This document shows, one piece after another, positions 39,109 through 52,360 of a DNA stretch of 64,000 nt; the stretch's first letter is position 1; every line of letters starts with the position of its first letter. A model generated the notes under the pieces. That model had not been told where the DNA came from, did no database searches, and saw only the letters and a list, made by a program, of their open reading frames with translations. Made by a program: the position numbers and the translations under genes. Location: assembly GCF_006345805.1 (NCBI RefSeq), contig NC_043003.1, forward strand, positions 84,630,001 through 84,694,000. Direction: 5' to 3'. This DNA comes from Octopus sinensis. Taxonomy: Eukaryota.

Positions 39109-39348
39109 TATATATGTATGTATATATATGTATACATATATATATATACAAAGGAGAATTCACAAAAAAAACAACAAATATTATAATGGGGCCGGTTTAT
39201 GAGATTACTCTGGGTGTCTCGCTCATGAGGGATTTAGCCTTACGGCGTATCTTCGAACCCCAAACACTGCTGGCCTACGCCTCTTTAAAATATGGAGGAG
39301 GAAGTATATAGAGTGTGCTTCTACCCCGGATTTATGTCTTTCTAAAAA

Positions 39349-39414
<66 letters not shown>

Positions 39415-39416
<2 letters not shown>

Positions 39417-39783
39417 TCGTAGCACTTCGTCGGTTACGACGATGAGTGTTCCAGTTAATCCGATCAACAGAACAGCCTGCTCGTGAAATTAACGTGCAAG
39501 TGGCTGAGCACTCTACAGACACGTGTACCCTTAACGTAGTTCTCAGGGAGATTCAGCGTGACACAGAGTGTGACAAGGGTGGAAATACAGAAACAGGAAG
39601 AAGAGTGAGAGAAGGTTGTGGTTAAAGGATACAGCAGAGTTCGCCACCAACCCCTGCCGGAGCCTTGTGGACCTTTAGGTGTTTTCGCTCAACAAACACT
39701 TACAACGCCCGGTCTGAGAATTGAAACTGCGATCCTACGATCACGTGTCCGTTGCCCTAACCACTGAGCCATTGCGTCTCCGC
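39415..39783 (-). mobile_element. SINE family D, near full length
   Basis: Same family as 47105-47493. Confidence 0.8.
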
Positions 39784-40836
39784 ATATATATATATATATA
39801 TATAATCAAAATACTTTATTTAAAAGCAGCAGAAATTTAACAAAACATGTTACTCGGAGTTTCACGTTCCCGTTGGTCGGACAGTTTTGTTAAAATCTAT
39901 ATACATATATATATATACCATTCTCTCACTCACTCACTTACTCACTCACTCACTCTCTCTTCTCTCTCTTTCTTTCTCTCTCCCTCCCTCTCTCTGTTAA
40001 CTGCTCCCCAAATTTGCAGTTTCGAACCAAAGAAGCATATCAAGTATGCATACGGTCGTTTACAGTACGAGAAATAACAATAAAAATCCCTTCAAATCAC
40101 AGACTTCTACCTTAAAACCTAGAATGTCATGGACAATGCGATGATCATCGATCATAGGTCATTTGTCTGAGCAAAGCAGGCCCGGGGCTAAACAACAATA
40201 ACTGTGTGACAAGCGCTGGTGAGAATGTGAAAATTTCTCTATCACCACTATCACCCAAACCCCCACCGCTCAACCATTTAGGAACATCTTACAACCTCTG
40301 TAAACCCTTTATGTACGGGCTTGTCTCCACTCAGGTGAACATGAGAGAACGTTGCTTGGCAACGTGATGCTTTAAACGTTGTCTTGGTCACCGTGTGATA
40401 CAACAAGAATAATAGAAGAGAAACGGTGGGGAAACAAAGGAAGGCGGAGAAGAAAGAAATGAGAAAGAAGGGGAGGAGGTGAAAGTATGAGTGTAGCAGA
40501 TGAAGGTAAAAGAGAGTAGGAGGACGATAAAAGTGAAGGTAAAGTTAAGATGGGGTGATAGGATGAGAATGAAAAAAACAAGATAAGAAAGGATGAGAGC
40601 GAGAGAATGAGTAAAACAAGAGAGGAGAAGGCGAAGGTAAGGTAAGATGATTGGAAGTTTAGGGAGGAATAAAAGAAGGAGAGGGAGAGGGAAACAGTAG
40701 ACGAGAAAAGATAATTAAATCAAGAGAAGCACAATACATGGATGAAAAGGAGGAGGAGGAGGAGGAGGAGGGAGAGAAAAAGAATAACAAGCGAATAGAA
40801 AACAGGAAAGCAGATGAAATAACAGTGTGTGAGTGT

Positions 40837-40873
<37 letters not shown>

Positions 40874-40890
40874 TGAGTGTGTGTGTGTGT

Positions 40891-40941
<51 letters not shown>

Positions 40942-41959
40942 CGTGATTGACAACAAGGAGCTTGGGACTTGAAAAGTTCTAGTGTTCAGTGTATGATACA
41001 CACCTATGTCAAACCAACATTTCGTTTATCGTAAGGGATCGATATCAATAAGAAATAGACTGACTGAATGAGAGAGAGTGACTCTGTGTCGTACAGTATT
41101 AAGCTGCTTTTGATGTTTGATGCGACAGCTTCGTAGCCAATAAATGAGAGGGGGGGGGGGAGAGAAACAAACGTCAAGTATGGATTTTTCTTATTATTAT
41201 CAATTTTTAGATGTTACTTTCTATTATTATTATTATTATTATTATTTCTTTTTGAGAGACAACCACCGAGGAGTAATAGACAATTAGGTAGCAATCTACC
41301 GTCGGAGCTGTTTCATTTCCTTTATGCTGCTAATTGTTCTGGGAAACACTGACAACTTTTCTTTCTTTCTTGCAGTATCGATCGAACTAGTACCAATCGA
41401 ATAATGGGGCCGACTAAATCAAACAACAGAAGCCAAACACTTGCCGCAAAAATCTACGGCCTTTTGCCACAAATAAAAATGCATATTTTTCCCATATCTT
41501 CATCATTAAAATGTGTGGCTTTTATCTTTGTATTTAACCAAAAAAGATTCATATCCTTGCCTTCGATAACGATCTTCTATCAGCTTGATAAAAATCCGAT
41601 AAAAAAATCTAAATTCACACTATAACAAATGTACTTTATTTATGCTTTACACATACTTTATTTCTCTCGGTGTTTCCAGGTAGACAAAACAAAAAGAGAC
41701 ACCGTTATTCGACTCGATTCTTTACAAATTAATTCATTCTATTCAGCTCTCCTCCACCTTTTTTTTCAACAATTGTTCTCTAAACATCACGTCTGTAACA
41801 CTAAAGACAGTTATAGAGGAGAAAATTCAGTAGAACGCGTGTTATTCAATTGCGTAACTTATCGTTCTGAGTTCGAATCCTGCCGAGGTCAACTTTGAGT
41901 TTTATCGCTCTGAGGCGAACATAATCGATTCTTCCATCTTCGGCATTGATGAAAGCTCA

Positions 41960-42611
41960 TCTTAAAACATATTATACGAAGTTACCGTGAATAAGGATAG
42001 AGTGACACAGGAATATTACAATGCCGAGGTATTTGTAGCATTCTTTGCGTGAAACAAGAGAGATACAAAGAGACCGTTGGTGCACAGGTTTGAGGTTTAG
42101 GGGACTAGTCTTGCACAACCAAATATGAACATTTCTTTTGGCCAAATCCGATTCCCATGTCAACAGAAAATGTTGTTATTAACACCAGCTGTTTTGTGGC
42201 ATTGTTAATATTTTTAGCATAGATCTTTAAGTCATCCACAAATAAATTATGAGTTACACTGGTATCTCTAGTAATTGCAGACCTAGCATGAAGTCATTGG
42301 AGTCTTGTAACAGAAATAATAATCCCTTTAATGCAAAAATAAATAGAATTACATAAAGACTAGCTCCCAGGAATATTCACATTGAAATTTATATAACATC
42401 AGAGACGATCCTTTCGCTCTCAGTTATAAATGTGACGATTGTTGCCCAAGGCGTAGGAGTGGCTGTGTGGTAAGTAGCTTGCTTACGAACCACATGGTTC
42501 CAGGTTCAGTCCCACTTCGTGGTACCTTGGGCAAGTGTCTTCTAATATAGTCTCGGGCCGACCAAAGCCTTGTGAGTGGATTTGGTAGACGGAAACTGAA
42601 AGAAGCCCGCC

Positions 42612-42654
<43 letters not shown>

Positions 42655-44138
42655 CCTATATGTGTGTATGTTTGTGTGTCTGTGTTTGTCCCTCCCCCAA
42701 CATCGCTGAACAACTGATGCTGGTGTGTTTGCGTCCCCGTAACTTAGCGATTCGGTAAAAGTGACCGATAAAATAAGTACTAGGCTTAGAAAGAATAAGT
42801 CCTTGGGTCGATTCGCTCGACTAAATGCGGTGCTCCAGCATGACCACAGTCAAATGACTGAAACAAGTAAAAGAGTAAACGAGAGAGTAAGTCTTTGTGG
42901 GCCTTTCAATGGCTCGATTAAGGTAGTGAGAACTTTTGTTAAGGGCAAAGATTTGGGAAATAGAGTTTAATATATTTCTATAATCAAACTATACTGTCAC
43001 AAGGCTTCGGCAGTGTTTTCTTACTTCAAACAGCACAGCTTCGTTTATCAAAATCTGTTCGGCATATACCCACACTTTCTCTTTCCTCCTCCCGCCTATT
43101 CATCAGTCACTATGCTATTGGGCTCCCAATGACCCTGGACGAGCTAGTTGAGGCAGCTTGTGTACAGTTTATGCATAAAGTTTGGCAAGCAATGGGGCTA
43201 TAGTTTTCTGTCAGCATGCAGCTTCATTCTTGGCTTGAGGATTCGCCAGTACTATAGCAAGACAATTTGTTATGTCAATCTGATCTTCCATACACCTTTT
43301 GAAAATGCATATTAATGACTGCCTGTAAAAAGTCAGCCTCGTATACCAATATTCGACTATTGGGTCTCTTCCAGATGCCTTCCCGTTATGCAGTTTACTT
43401 AAGGCTATAGTGAAATGCTCGTCAGTTGTATGTTTTACAGTCGATGTTGGTGCAGCATTCTTTCCTAACTATATTTAGCCACCAAGCGTCATGGTTGAAA
43501 TCTCTTTACCTTCTTGATCTTAGACCATGATTTTGTGTGAAACCTTTCTTCACAGCAATACTTTTCTTCCTCGCTTCCCTGTATAATGCCTGAAGTTTGA
43601 AAACAAAATTGTCATTTATACTGATTTGCTCCTACGATAGCAAAATATTTTGCTCAGCATCATGAGTTCGTGTATAAGCTTTCCATCAAGAGCTTGGTGT
43701 ACAAAGTTACTGTAAAGTTTTGTTAATTTTTGCTTAATATTTAATTAGTGAGGTGTGAACTCATTATCCTCTCTTACGTTTCATTATTGTGGTTAGCCAT
43801 CCAATATAGCAGCGCAGTTTGTTGTTTTCTAACTAGGTTACTTCAATTTAGTAATTTCATTACCAGACTTCAGCAAACTTCTCCTAGGAATTCCTTGAAA
43901 GTGAAGACACTAATTATCCAGTAACTAATATCCTATGATTCCATGCAACATCACAGATAACTTTCAATATTAGAGCAATTGGGTTTTTCGTTAGTCGTGT
44001 TGAGAAGAATGTCACTCAACGACAGTTTGGAAAAAGTAGAAAATATTTTTACGAACAGCACTTTCAGAATATTCCTAAGTTGAGAATATTCCTCAGTCGT
44101 CTCTGTCGAGTCAGTTACATTTGGAGATACATTAAAAT
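41960..44138 (-). mobile_element. Decayed R4/Dong RT region, interrupted by a SINE
   Basis: THNLFVDDLKIYAKN, FSVDMGIGFGQKKC, GKASGRDPIVEYW and ENYSPIAC across frameshifts. Confidence 0.7.
42450..42888 (+). mobile_element. SINE family A, full length
   Basis: Head, core, (TA)n and tail. Confidence 0.85.
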
Positions 44139-44365
44139 TTAACCCTTTAGTGTTTAAACCGGCCATATCAGGCCAAAATTGTCTGACTGTTTTATGATCA
44201 AACCAGCCAGCTCTGACCTCTCACACCTACCCTACAGAGTCATTCTAAAATAAACAGCGACATCATCAAAATCTCAGAGTTACAAGATGCTGTACAATTA
44301 ATTTAAAACAATGTGATTAAACAAGCTTTACATTTGACAGAGTAATCTGAATGCTAAAGGGTTAA
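44139..44365. mobile_element. piggyBac-type MITE with TTAA TSD
   Basis: TTAA|CCCTTTAG ... CTAAAGGG|TTAA. Confidence 0.85.
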
Positions 44366-44680
44366 TGATGGCGGCAGCAGTGTTTTTATATTACTTTCGA
44401 CCTAACTTGTGGCAGATTTTTGGCCAGTTCTCAATGTTTTGAGAAGCTCGACTAGCATTACGAAAGAAAGATGCTTGTTGCCTAAGCTGTTTCATGTTGG
44501 GAAATGTTCGTCCCAGTATTTTGTAAGCGCTTTATATATCCGATAGAGGGGTCATCATGTGCTTTTTCATAGCACCGAAATAGATCTTGATTTAAATATA
44601 AAGTTCGAGGAGTAAAATCAGAAGAGTACTTGCGTGGTCTTAAATAGCTTACTGGTGTCTTAGTATTGTTTGCGTTGATG

Positions 44681-45081
44681 TTGTTAAGTTAAGTTAAGTT
44701 AATTTTTTGGCTCAAAAAGCAAAAAGCAAGGCCATGTAGGGGGACATGGAGTTATGTACAGGGCGGTGTTCATGCAAAGAGTTCAGGCCACTTCTGGTCA
44801 AGAGAGACTTTGAACCGAGCGGTCGTCGGCATCTTCACTATCTCGTGCGGCAGCTTATACCACGGATCCGCAACCCGGACGGAGAAAACCCCTCTCCTTC
44901 GATTGAGATGAAATCGTCGCAGATAGAGCTTTTCGGAGTGACCCCGCAACCTACGCTCTGGAGCAGGAGTGAAGAACAGCTCTTTCGAGAGGTTACACTT
45001 TCCACTTATGATGTTGTGAGCAAGAATGAGATCACCACGGCGCCGTCGTTTTTCTAGAGAATAAAGGTCGAGCGCCTTCAG
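44681..45081 (-). mobile_element. 5'-truncated CR1 LINE 3' end with intact reading frame
   Basis: 44770-45081 translates as LKALDLYSLEKRRRRGDLI..RLRGH..FSVRVADPWYKLP..FKVSLD..*, 103 aa with no stop; (AACTT)n tail. Missed by the ORF track because it lacks a start codon. Confidence 0.9.
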
Positions 45082-45339
45082 TATAAGTCACGGTCGTACT
45101 AGCAAAATCCCACGTCATGTAAGATATATATATTTTTTATTCAGTCTGTATTACGCTATGTTGGTAAGTAAACGATTACTCTTTTTATTTATAACTAAAG
45201 AAACAGACCAGTTACTGATGTAGGATGGCAGAGTCGGCATAACTGTTAATATAAAAGCATTTTAAACGGTCATCTACGTACGTCTGCACGTCATTTATTC
45301 TTTTCTACTCTAGACACATGGCCCGAAATTTTGGTGGAG

Positions 45340-46210
45340 GGGATCGACCCCAGTACGCAACTTTTACTTAATTTATCGACCCCGAAAGGATGAAAGGCAA
45401 AGTCGATGTCGGTGGAATTTGAACTCAGAACGTAAAGACAGACGAAATATCGCTAAGCATTTCGCTCGGCGTGCTAACGTTTCTAATTTCTTTATTGCCC
45501 ACAAGGGACTAAACATAGAGGTGACAAACAAGGACAGACAGAGGGATTAAGTCAATTACATCGACCACAGTGTGTAACTGGTACTTAATTTATCGACCCC
45601 GAAAGGATGAAAGACAATGTCGACCTTGGCGGAATTTGAACTCAGAACGTATAGACAGACGAAATACCTATTTATATTTCTTTACTACCCACAAGGGGCT
45701 AACACACAGAGGGGACAAACAAGGACAGACAAACGGATTAAGTCGATTACATCGACCACAGTGTGTAACTGGTACTTATTTAAAAGACCCCGAAAGGATG
45801 AAAGGCAAAACCAACCTCGGCGGAATTTGAACTCAGAACGTAAAGACAGACGAAATACCTATTTTTTTACTACCCACAAGGGGCTAAACACAGAGAGGAC
45901 AAACAAACAAGGACATGCAAACGGATTAAGTCGATCATATCGGCCCCAGTGCGTAACTGGTACTTAATTTATCGATCCCGAAAGGATGAAAGGCAAAGTC
46001 GATCTCGGCGCAATTTGAACTCAGAACGTAGCAGCAGACGAAATACCTATTTCTTTACTACCCACAAGGGGCTAAACACAGGGAGGACAAACAAGGACAG
46101 ACAAACGGATTAAGTCGACCTCGGCGGAATTTGAATCCAGAACGTAACGGCAGACGAAATACAGCTACGCATTTCGCCCGGTGTGCTAACGTTTCTGCCA
46201 GCTCGCCGCC
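45340..46210 (-). mobile_element. Head-to-tail concatemer of SINE family C (5 modules)
   Basis: B-box modules near 45415, 45632, 45823, 46011 and 46127; one complete A-box head at ~46150-46209. Confidence 0.88.
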
Positions 46211-46309
46211 TTCTGCACGTCTTTTGTTGACAACGTCATGTTGTGTATAAATATATAAATATGAGTACATGCGCACGTGCGCGCACGCACGCGTGCATGG
46301 GGGAGGAGT

Positions 46310-47915
46310 GCCCGGTGTATTTGAGGACATATTTAGTAATTTGATAAAGCAACTCAAACCTAGCAAAAACCAAATGCATTTTAATAAAAATTTTCTCATG
46401 TGTTCTCAATAAGCTTTCTTATAAAATTATTCTATGAATCAACTTTCTGTTTTCATATCTGCTTCAATGCGGAACTGAAATTATTGACATGCTTGCACTA
46501 AATGGTTCTTATTTATTTCAAGCATCACCTGGAAAATGGCGGCCTACAGGGAAGCTATGATGTTGTGAGGATGTCGATTAGTCTTCACTTCAATAATGCT
46601 CCAAATGTTGAAGACCATTTCAATCAGGTAAGTTTGCAGTTTGAAGTTTGGTGTTATATGACCGTAAAGATTGTCTGACATCAATTCTTGAGATACGTAA
46701 GCTTTGTGAGAATGCGCCGAGTCTTGTTGAAACCTGTATAACCTTCCAATACGAACTTCATCAATCCAATGTATGACAACTGTCTCCGACACTTCAGCGT
46801 ATTTAGCAACATTCATTCTAAAACTCTGTGGAATGATATGAAGTGGCGTATCCATCACAGTTGCTGGAAACAATGTGTACATCACTCTAAGGACATGAGA
46901 ACGATCAGCACATAGCTTCTCTCATTTTTCTTGTTAGGTTTGTCTTTTTCGGGGTTTTTTTTATTTACCTTCGTCGAAGATTTTCTCATGAGAGAATTAA
47001 GCATGCAACGTTCGTGAAGGTTTTCAACCATGTTAAGTAATCGCTTGGCACGAATCAAAAAGTCTTCCTGTCTTTATGTGGACTTTAATTGGTTTCTCCT
47101 AACTGGATGGAAGCACTCCGTCAGTTCCGACGACGAGGGTTCCGGTTGATCCGAATCAACGGAACAGCCTGCTCGTGAAATTAACGTGTAAGTGGCCGAG
47201 CACTCCACAGACACATGTACCCTTAACGTAGTTCTCGGGGATATTCAGCGTGACACAGAGAGTGACAAGGCCGGCCCTTTCAAATACAGGTACAACAGAA
47301 ACAGGAAGTAAGAGAGAGAGAGAGTTGTGGTGAAAGAGTACAGCAGGGATCAGCACCACCCCCTGCCGGTGCCTCGTGGAGCTTTTAGGTGTTTTCGCTC
47401 AATAAACACTCACAACGCCCGGTCTGGGAATCGAAACCGCGATCCTACGACCGCGTGTCCGCTGCCCTAACCACTGGGCCATTGCGCCTCCACTTTCTCC
47501 TAACTACATACGACTTGTATCGAATGTTGTACACCATAATTCTGATATTCAACTCTGATAACTGAAGCTTTTGGCGACGGTCCTCGTTGATCTTCCAGAA
47601 TCATCACCGATAATGTTTTGAACCCGTTGGATGAATTGCAGCGTCCTTATAGTGTCCGAACGTGAACTTTGCGAACAAAAGATCCTGCAACATTTAGAAA
47701 GTCGGCAATTTCTAAATCATTGTGTTTTGCTCATATGGCAACAACGACAACATATCTTTTCATTTCTTGAATTAGAATTTTGTCTACCATGAGATATCTG
47801 AAATGAATAAATAAATAAATAAATAAATAAATAGATAAATAAATAACACTTTTAGTTGGTTTGAAGAGAGCAATAATTAAGTTTCTTTAAATAACCCTCG
47901 CACCCTGTGTGTACA
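46310..47915 (-). mobile_element. Decayed Tc1/mariner element, maT (DD37D)-like
   Basis: FQQDSAHSH and IWSIIEVKTNRHPHN in the catalytic region; N-terminal KRYVVVVAI..DLEIADFLNVAGSFV; CAGGGTG-like end near 47900. Confidence 0.8.
47105..47493 (-). mobile_element. Full-length SINE family D with 12-bp TSD
   Basis: TTTCTCCTAACT at 47093-47104 and 47494-47505. Confidence 0.92.
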
Positions 47916-48340
47916 TATTCATACACACATACATACATACATACATACATACATACATACATGCAAACATACATACATACATGCATACATACATACATAC
48001 ATACATACATACATACATACAAAAATACCCTGTTGATGTTGAATTTCCAATGACGGAGCCTTGCATCTAGGTTAGAAACCGGCTCTTTCTCTATTGGCAG
48101 TTGTGTTGGGGGGTATAATCCGATTAAAGTGGGTGGCGATTGTTGGTCTGGCAGAAGATATCAAAAATCCTGAGTGGACCGATGTACGTGCGCGCAGGCG
48201 TGCGTGTGTGTGTACACAGAGAGCAATATAGACTTAAAGTATATCCATCGTTGACAGGGAAATTACTGCAGTATTTGTCCGATGTAGGCATGAGTACGTA
48301 CGAGTGGGCGGACGTGTTTGTGTGCGTGTGTGTGTGTGTG

Positions 48341-48387
<47 letters not shown>

Positions 48388-49452
48388 AGTGTACGAGCGC
48401 GCGCAAGTGTGTGCTTCGAATACTGTGTTTCCCCTAAAATAAGACCTAACCAGAAAATAAGACACAGCATGATTTTCCAGGATGATTTTATTATAAGCCC
48501 TTCCCTTATAATAAGCCTCTAGTTGAGAGCGGCAGACAGACGAAAAAAATAAGTAACCTCTTCATATTGATTCAAACCACTTTTTGGCGGATAAAAATAA
48601 CGACGTCACAAAATTTATCCAGGTGTCTCTTTCGTAACTCAAATATTAGCTAGCTATACATCAATCGACAGCTCATGTTCGGAGCTTTCAAATGTGTCAT
48701 GTAACATTTTCATCAATGGTCAGTATTGGTCAGTAGATACAAAAAACAATAAAGTACATTTTCTTTCAAGGCAAAAATCTCCCAGAAAACAACGTGATGG
48801 AATTGAATGGGAAATCATTTGTCGGGCCATTTTTATTCCAAGACAAGATGAGTGTAAGAAAAAAAAAGTACAAAACAAAATCGTGGAGGAATCACTGGGC
48901 AAGAATCTTACAGTTTTCTACAAAGAAACGAATTTGGATCTCCAAACGGTTCGAAAATGGCGAGTAGACTACGATAAACTCAGTCAACAAGTGGACGAGG
49001 GAAATGCAAAGAATCGCAAGTGTGGATCAGGTCGGCAACCACTATCTTCTGAACTAGAAGACATCATCTGTGAATGGGATGCTGACAGAAGAGTAAAGGC
49101 TTTGTTTGTTCGCGGGTCTGATATACAAGCATTTGCCCGCGCAAAAACATGAAGAACTTCCATGCCGAAAGAAGAATAGATCAAATCATGATTCTCACAG
49201 GAATGACTGCGTATCTCCAAACTCTTGACATTGCAATAAATTAATCATCCAAGGACCATTTATACATGGAAATCAAGGACTACACTGGAAACAGAATGGT
49301 GAGAAATCAGCGTGGAAATTTCGTGGAACCCAGCCTGCAAAGGATCGTAACTTGGTTGGCGAATTCATGGAACAAAATCACAGCCAGTTGTGCTGCCAAT
49401 GCACAACTGGCAGGCTACCTGGACAAGAACTTCTCATTCAGTGAGACCTCTT

Positions 49453-49952
49453 TATTCATTAGATTGGCCATAAAGGCCTTACAAAGAAAGAAAGCTGCGG
49501 GCTGGACGAAGACATAATGAAATGAAATGATAAATGATATGATAATAATGAGGGTAACAAGCAACGCCTGCCGATTGCTGTTTACCCGAGCACATTGTTC
49601 TTTATAAATACCATATTTGAGGCAACAAACCTCTTACATAGTTCAAAGTAAAACATCAATGAGGCAATAAACTTCTTACATTTATAACACAAAAAGCCAT
49701 TGTGAGGCAGTAAATCTCTTACACAAGTCAATAATACAATCAATGAAACAATACAACTGAGGCACCAAACCTCTTACTTTAATTAGTTACAAATCTTCCT
49801 GTCCGACCAGACTTCTCGCCTCAGTTAAACACCTGGACGGCGCCAAGTCGGGTCAATTTAGCATGAATCTGAAGGTATCCTCGGAGAAGGAGTCCATTAT
49901 CCTGAACAAGTCGTTCTTCCTCATGAACTTCGCAGCCACCTGCGAAGGCCAG
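49453..49952 (-). mobile_element. 500-bp retroposed insertion with 15-bp TSD inside the pogo element
   Basis: TCAGTGAGACCTCTT at 49438-49452 and 49953-49967; AATGAATAAA end on the minus strand. The clade is not assignable. Confidence 0.75.
49618..49778. repeat. Four 21-bp direct repeats with 21, 22 and 34-bp spacers
   Basis: TGAGGCANNAAACCTCTTACA-like repeats at 49618, 49660, 49703 and 49758. Confidence 0.85.
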
Positions 49953-50894
49953 TCAGTGAGACCTCTTACTGCTGGACATGAGAGATTGGGGACGAAAGTT
50001 CTGCAGGAAATGGTGTCACACGAAAACTCCGCAGGAAGTTTGGAATCCGGTGATTTGCAGAACAATGACATTCCGGAGGACAATGACATGACTGTGTGTG
50101 ACTAAATTGTTGTTAGTGAGTTTCTGAGTAAAAGAATATGTAAATCGTCAAATAAATATAGATGTTTCTCGTAATTTCTGTTTAATAAATTTCCTTCATA
50201 ATAAATAGTCAAGTAAATGGAGATCGTTTTTCGGAATTTCTAGTTAGTTAGTGATTTCGTAATTTTCTATTTCGTAATATCGTTTTTCGGTACATGAAAA
50301 GAATATGAACTCCCCTGAAAATAAGCCTTAGTGCGTCATTTCGGAGTGAAAATTAATATAAACGCTGCAGAAACACGGCATCAAAGAAGATTTTGAAATT
50401 AGTGTTGCAAGGGACACCACTCTGAAAGACATGATTTACTTTTTACTATTTGTCAATAAGTATTCAAAAGTTAATTCCCTTGTGTTGGCGAGCTACCAGA
50501 GTCAATAGCACGTTGGGCATAATGTTAGTGGCCTGGTGGTGGTGGTCGTCGTCGTGGTCGTGGTGATCGTGGTTATGGCGGTGGATATTATTTTTACATA
50601 TTGCGCTTCACTAGTAGCATGCATCCAGTCGACCTTGTCTGTCATCCTTTTCGAGTCGATGAAATATGTTCCAGTTTAGTACACTCCGCAACTGTTGGTC
50701 TTGTGCCAAAGTTTGAAATTAATTTTCATATACATAAGTGTAGTCATGACTATCTGGTAAGAAGATTGCTTTCCAATCACATGGTTACGGGTTCAGACAC
50801 ACTGTGTAGCACCTTGGGCAAGTGTCTTCTACGATAGCGTCGGGTCGACCAAAGCCTTGTAAGTGGATTTGGTAGACGGAAACTGAAAGAAGAT

Positions 50895-50941
<47 letters not shown>

Positions 50942-51136
50942 GCTCTCCTGTCCAATCAGTCGCCATGGTTGTCCGCTAACTCCAAAAGTTTATTTATTCT
51001 CTCAGTTTATTTCCTCGTGTTCCTTTCTGTTGAAACGTAAAGGACTTTCTCGCCTTCCAAAGCGTCAAGCTAATTCACCTGCTTGTTGTATATACACCTG
51101 TCTTCGTCTTTTCTGTAAATTTCAACTAAATATATA

Positions 51137-51420
51137 TCTTTATATATAAAAGTGAAGTTGCGTGTCTGTCTGCTACGATTTAGATTCCTAACTACTCCCA
51201 CATTTTGCAGTGCAGCTTAACCAAAAGCGAGTATCTTATAGTCGTGATTCATATCGAGCCCTTCTGGGTATTAGCGCGCGTCTACGATTTAAAAAAAAAT
51301 TACCATCAATTTTTCCCATTTTTAATGCATTTTTTGCTATTAAATAAGGGAAGTAACTCTCTAAAAATGCTTATATAGTTATTTCCCTTACAAACCTAGC
51401 AACGCCGGCGCTACTGCTAC
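51137..51420 (+). mobile_element. Mini-Helitron (~285 bp)
   Basis: A|TC start; GCAACGCCGG hairpin remnant; terminal CTAG mutated to CTAC; homologous to 55265-55561. Confidence 0.75.
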
Positions 51421-51850
51421 GAAACGTTAAACCTCCTTCCCTTCTTTCCTGAGCGTCATAATACTTAATTGTTCACGTCCTGCGTTTTGCAGTGTTTTTT
51501 TTTTTTTCTGTGTTTTCTGTTTGGATTAACTTTAATATATAATATCTATATATATACAATATGGTTATATATGTTAGCTATATTATATATATTATATATA
51601 TATAGACACATTCAGATGGGGAGATTAGAGAGATATATGAATATATATGAAGAGAGATAGAGAGAGAGGAGAAGAGAGAGAGAGAGAGCGAGAGAGAGAG
51701 CCGCGATACTACATACACAACATACATACATACGTACACACAATATATGTATGTGTGTGCGTGTGTGTATATGCATATATATATATGTGTGTATATTATA
51801 TATATATTATATATATGTATGTATATAATGTATGTATATATATATGTATC

Positions 51851-51884
<34 letters not shown>

Positions 51885-51890
51885 ATATAT

Positions 51891-52119
51891 TTTACTTGTT
51901 TCAGTCACTTGACTGCGGCCATGCTGGAGCACCGCCTCTAGTCGAGCAATCGACCCCGGGACTTATTCTTTGTAAGCCCAGTACTTATTCTATCGGTCTC
52001 TTTTGCCGAACCGCTAAGTGACGGGGACATAAACACACCAGCATCGGTTGTCAAGCAATGCTAGGGAGACAAACACAGACACACAAACACATACCATAAT
52101 ACATACTACATATACATAC

Positions 52120-52156
<37 letters not shown>

Positions 52157-52160
52157 ATAT

Positions 52161-52221
<61 letters not shown>

Positions 52222-52360
52222 GACAGGCTTCTTTCAGTTTACGTCTACAAATCCACTCACAAGGTATTTGGTCGGCCCGGGGCTATAGAAGAAGATGCCA
52301 CGCAGTGGGATTGAACCCGGAACCATGTGGTTGATTAGCAACCTACTTACCACACAGCCA
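51891..52360 (-). mobile_element. SINE family A, full length
   Basis: Reverse complement of the family A consensus with expanded (TA)n. Confidence 0.85.

Larger units (their letters stand above)
48423..50378 (+). mobile_element. pogo-family internal-deletion derivative (HTH kept, DDE region missing)
   Basis: TA|CTGTGTTTC ... GAAACACGG ends; LQTVRKWR..SGRQPL..ELEDIICEW HTH region; PSLQRIVTWLANSW C-terminal region. Confidence 0.82.

Noticed and set aside
48040-48100. HHR in the small repeat shared with ~58170-58230
   Set aside because: GAAACCGG is present but there is no CUGANGA core.
49703-49723. let-7-like sequence (TGAGGCAGTA)
   Set aside because: Only a partial seed-like match, with no precursor hairpin evident.
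49618-49778. CRISPR array
   Set aside because: Eukaryotic context, no cas genes, only four imperfect repeats, and spacers partly similar to each other.
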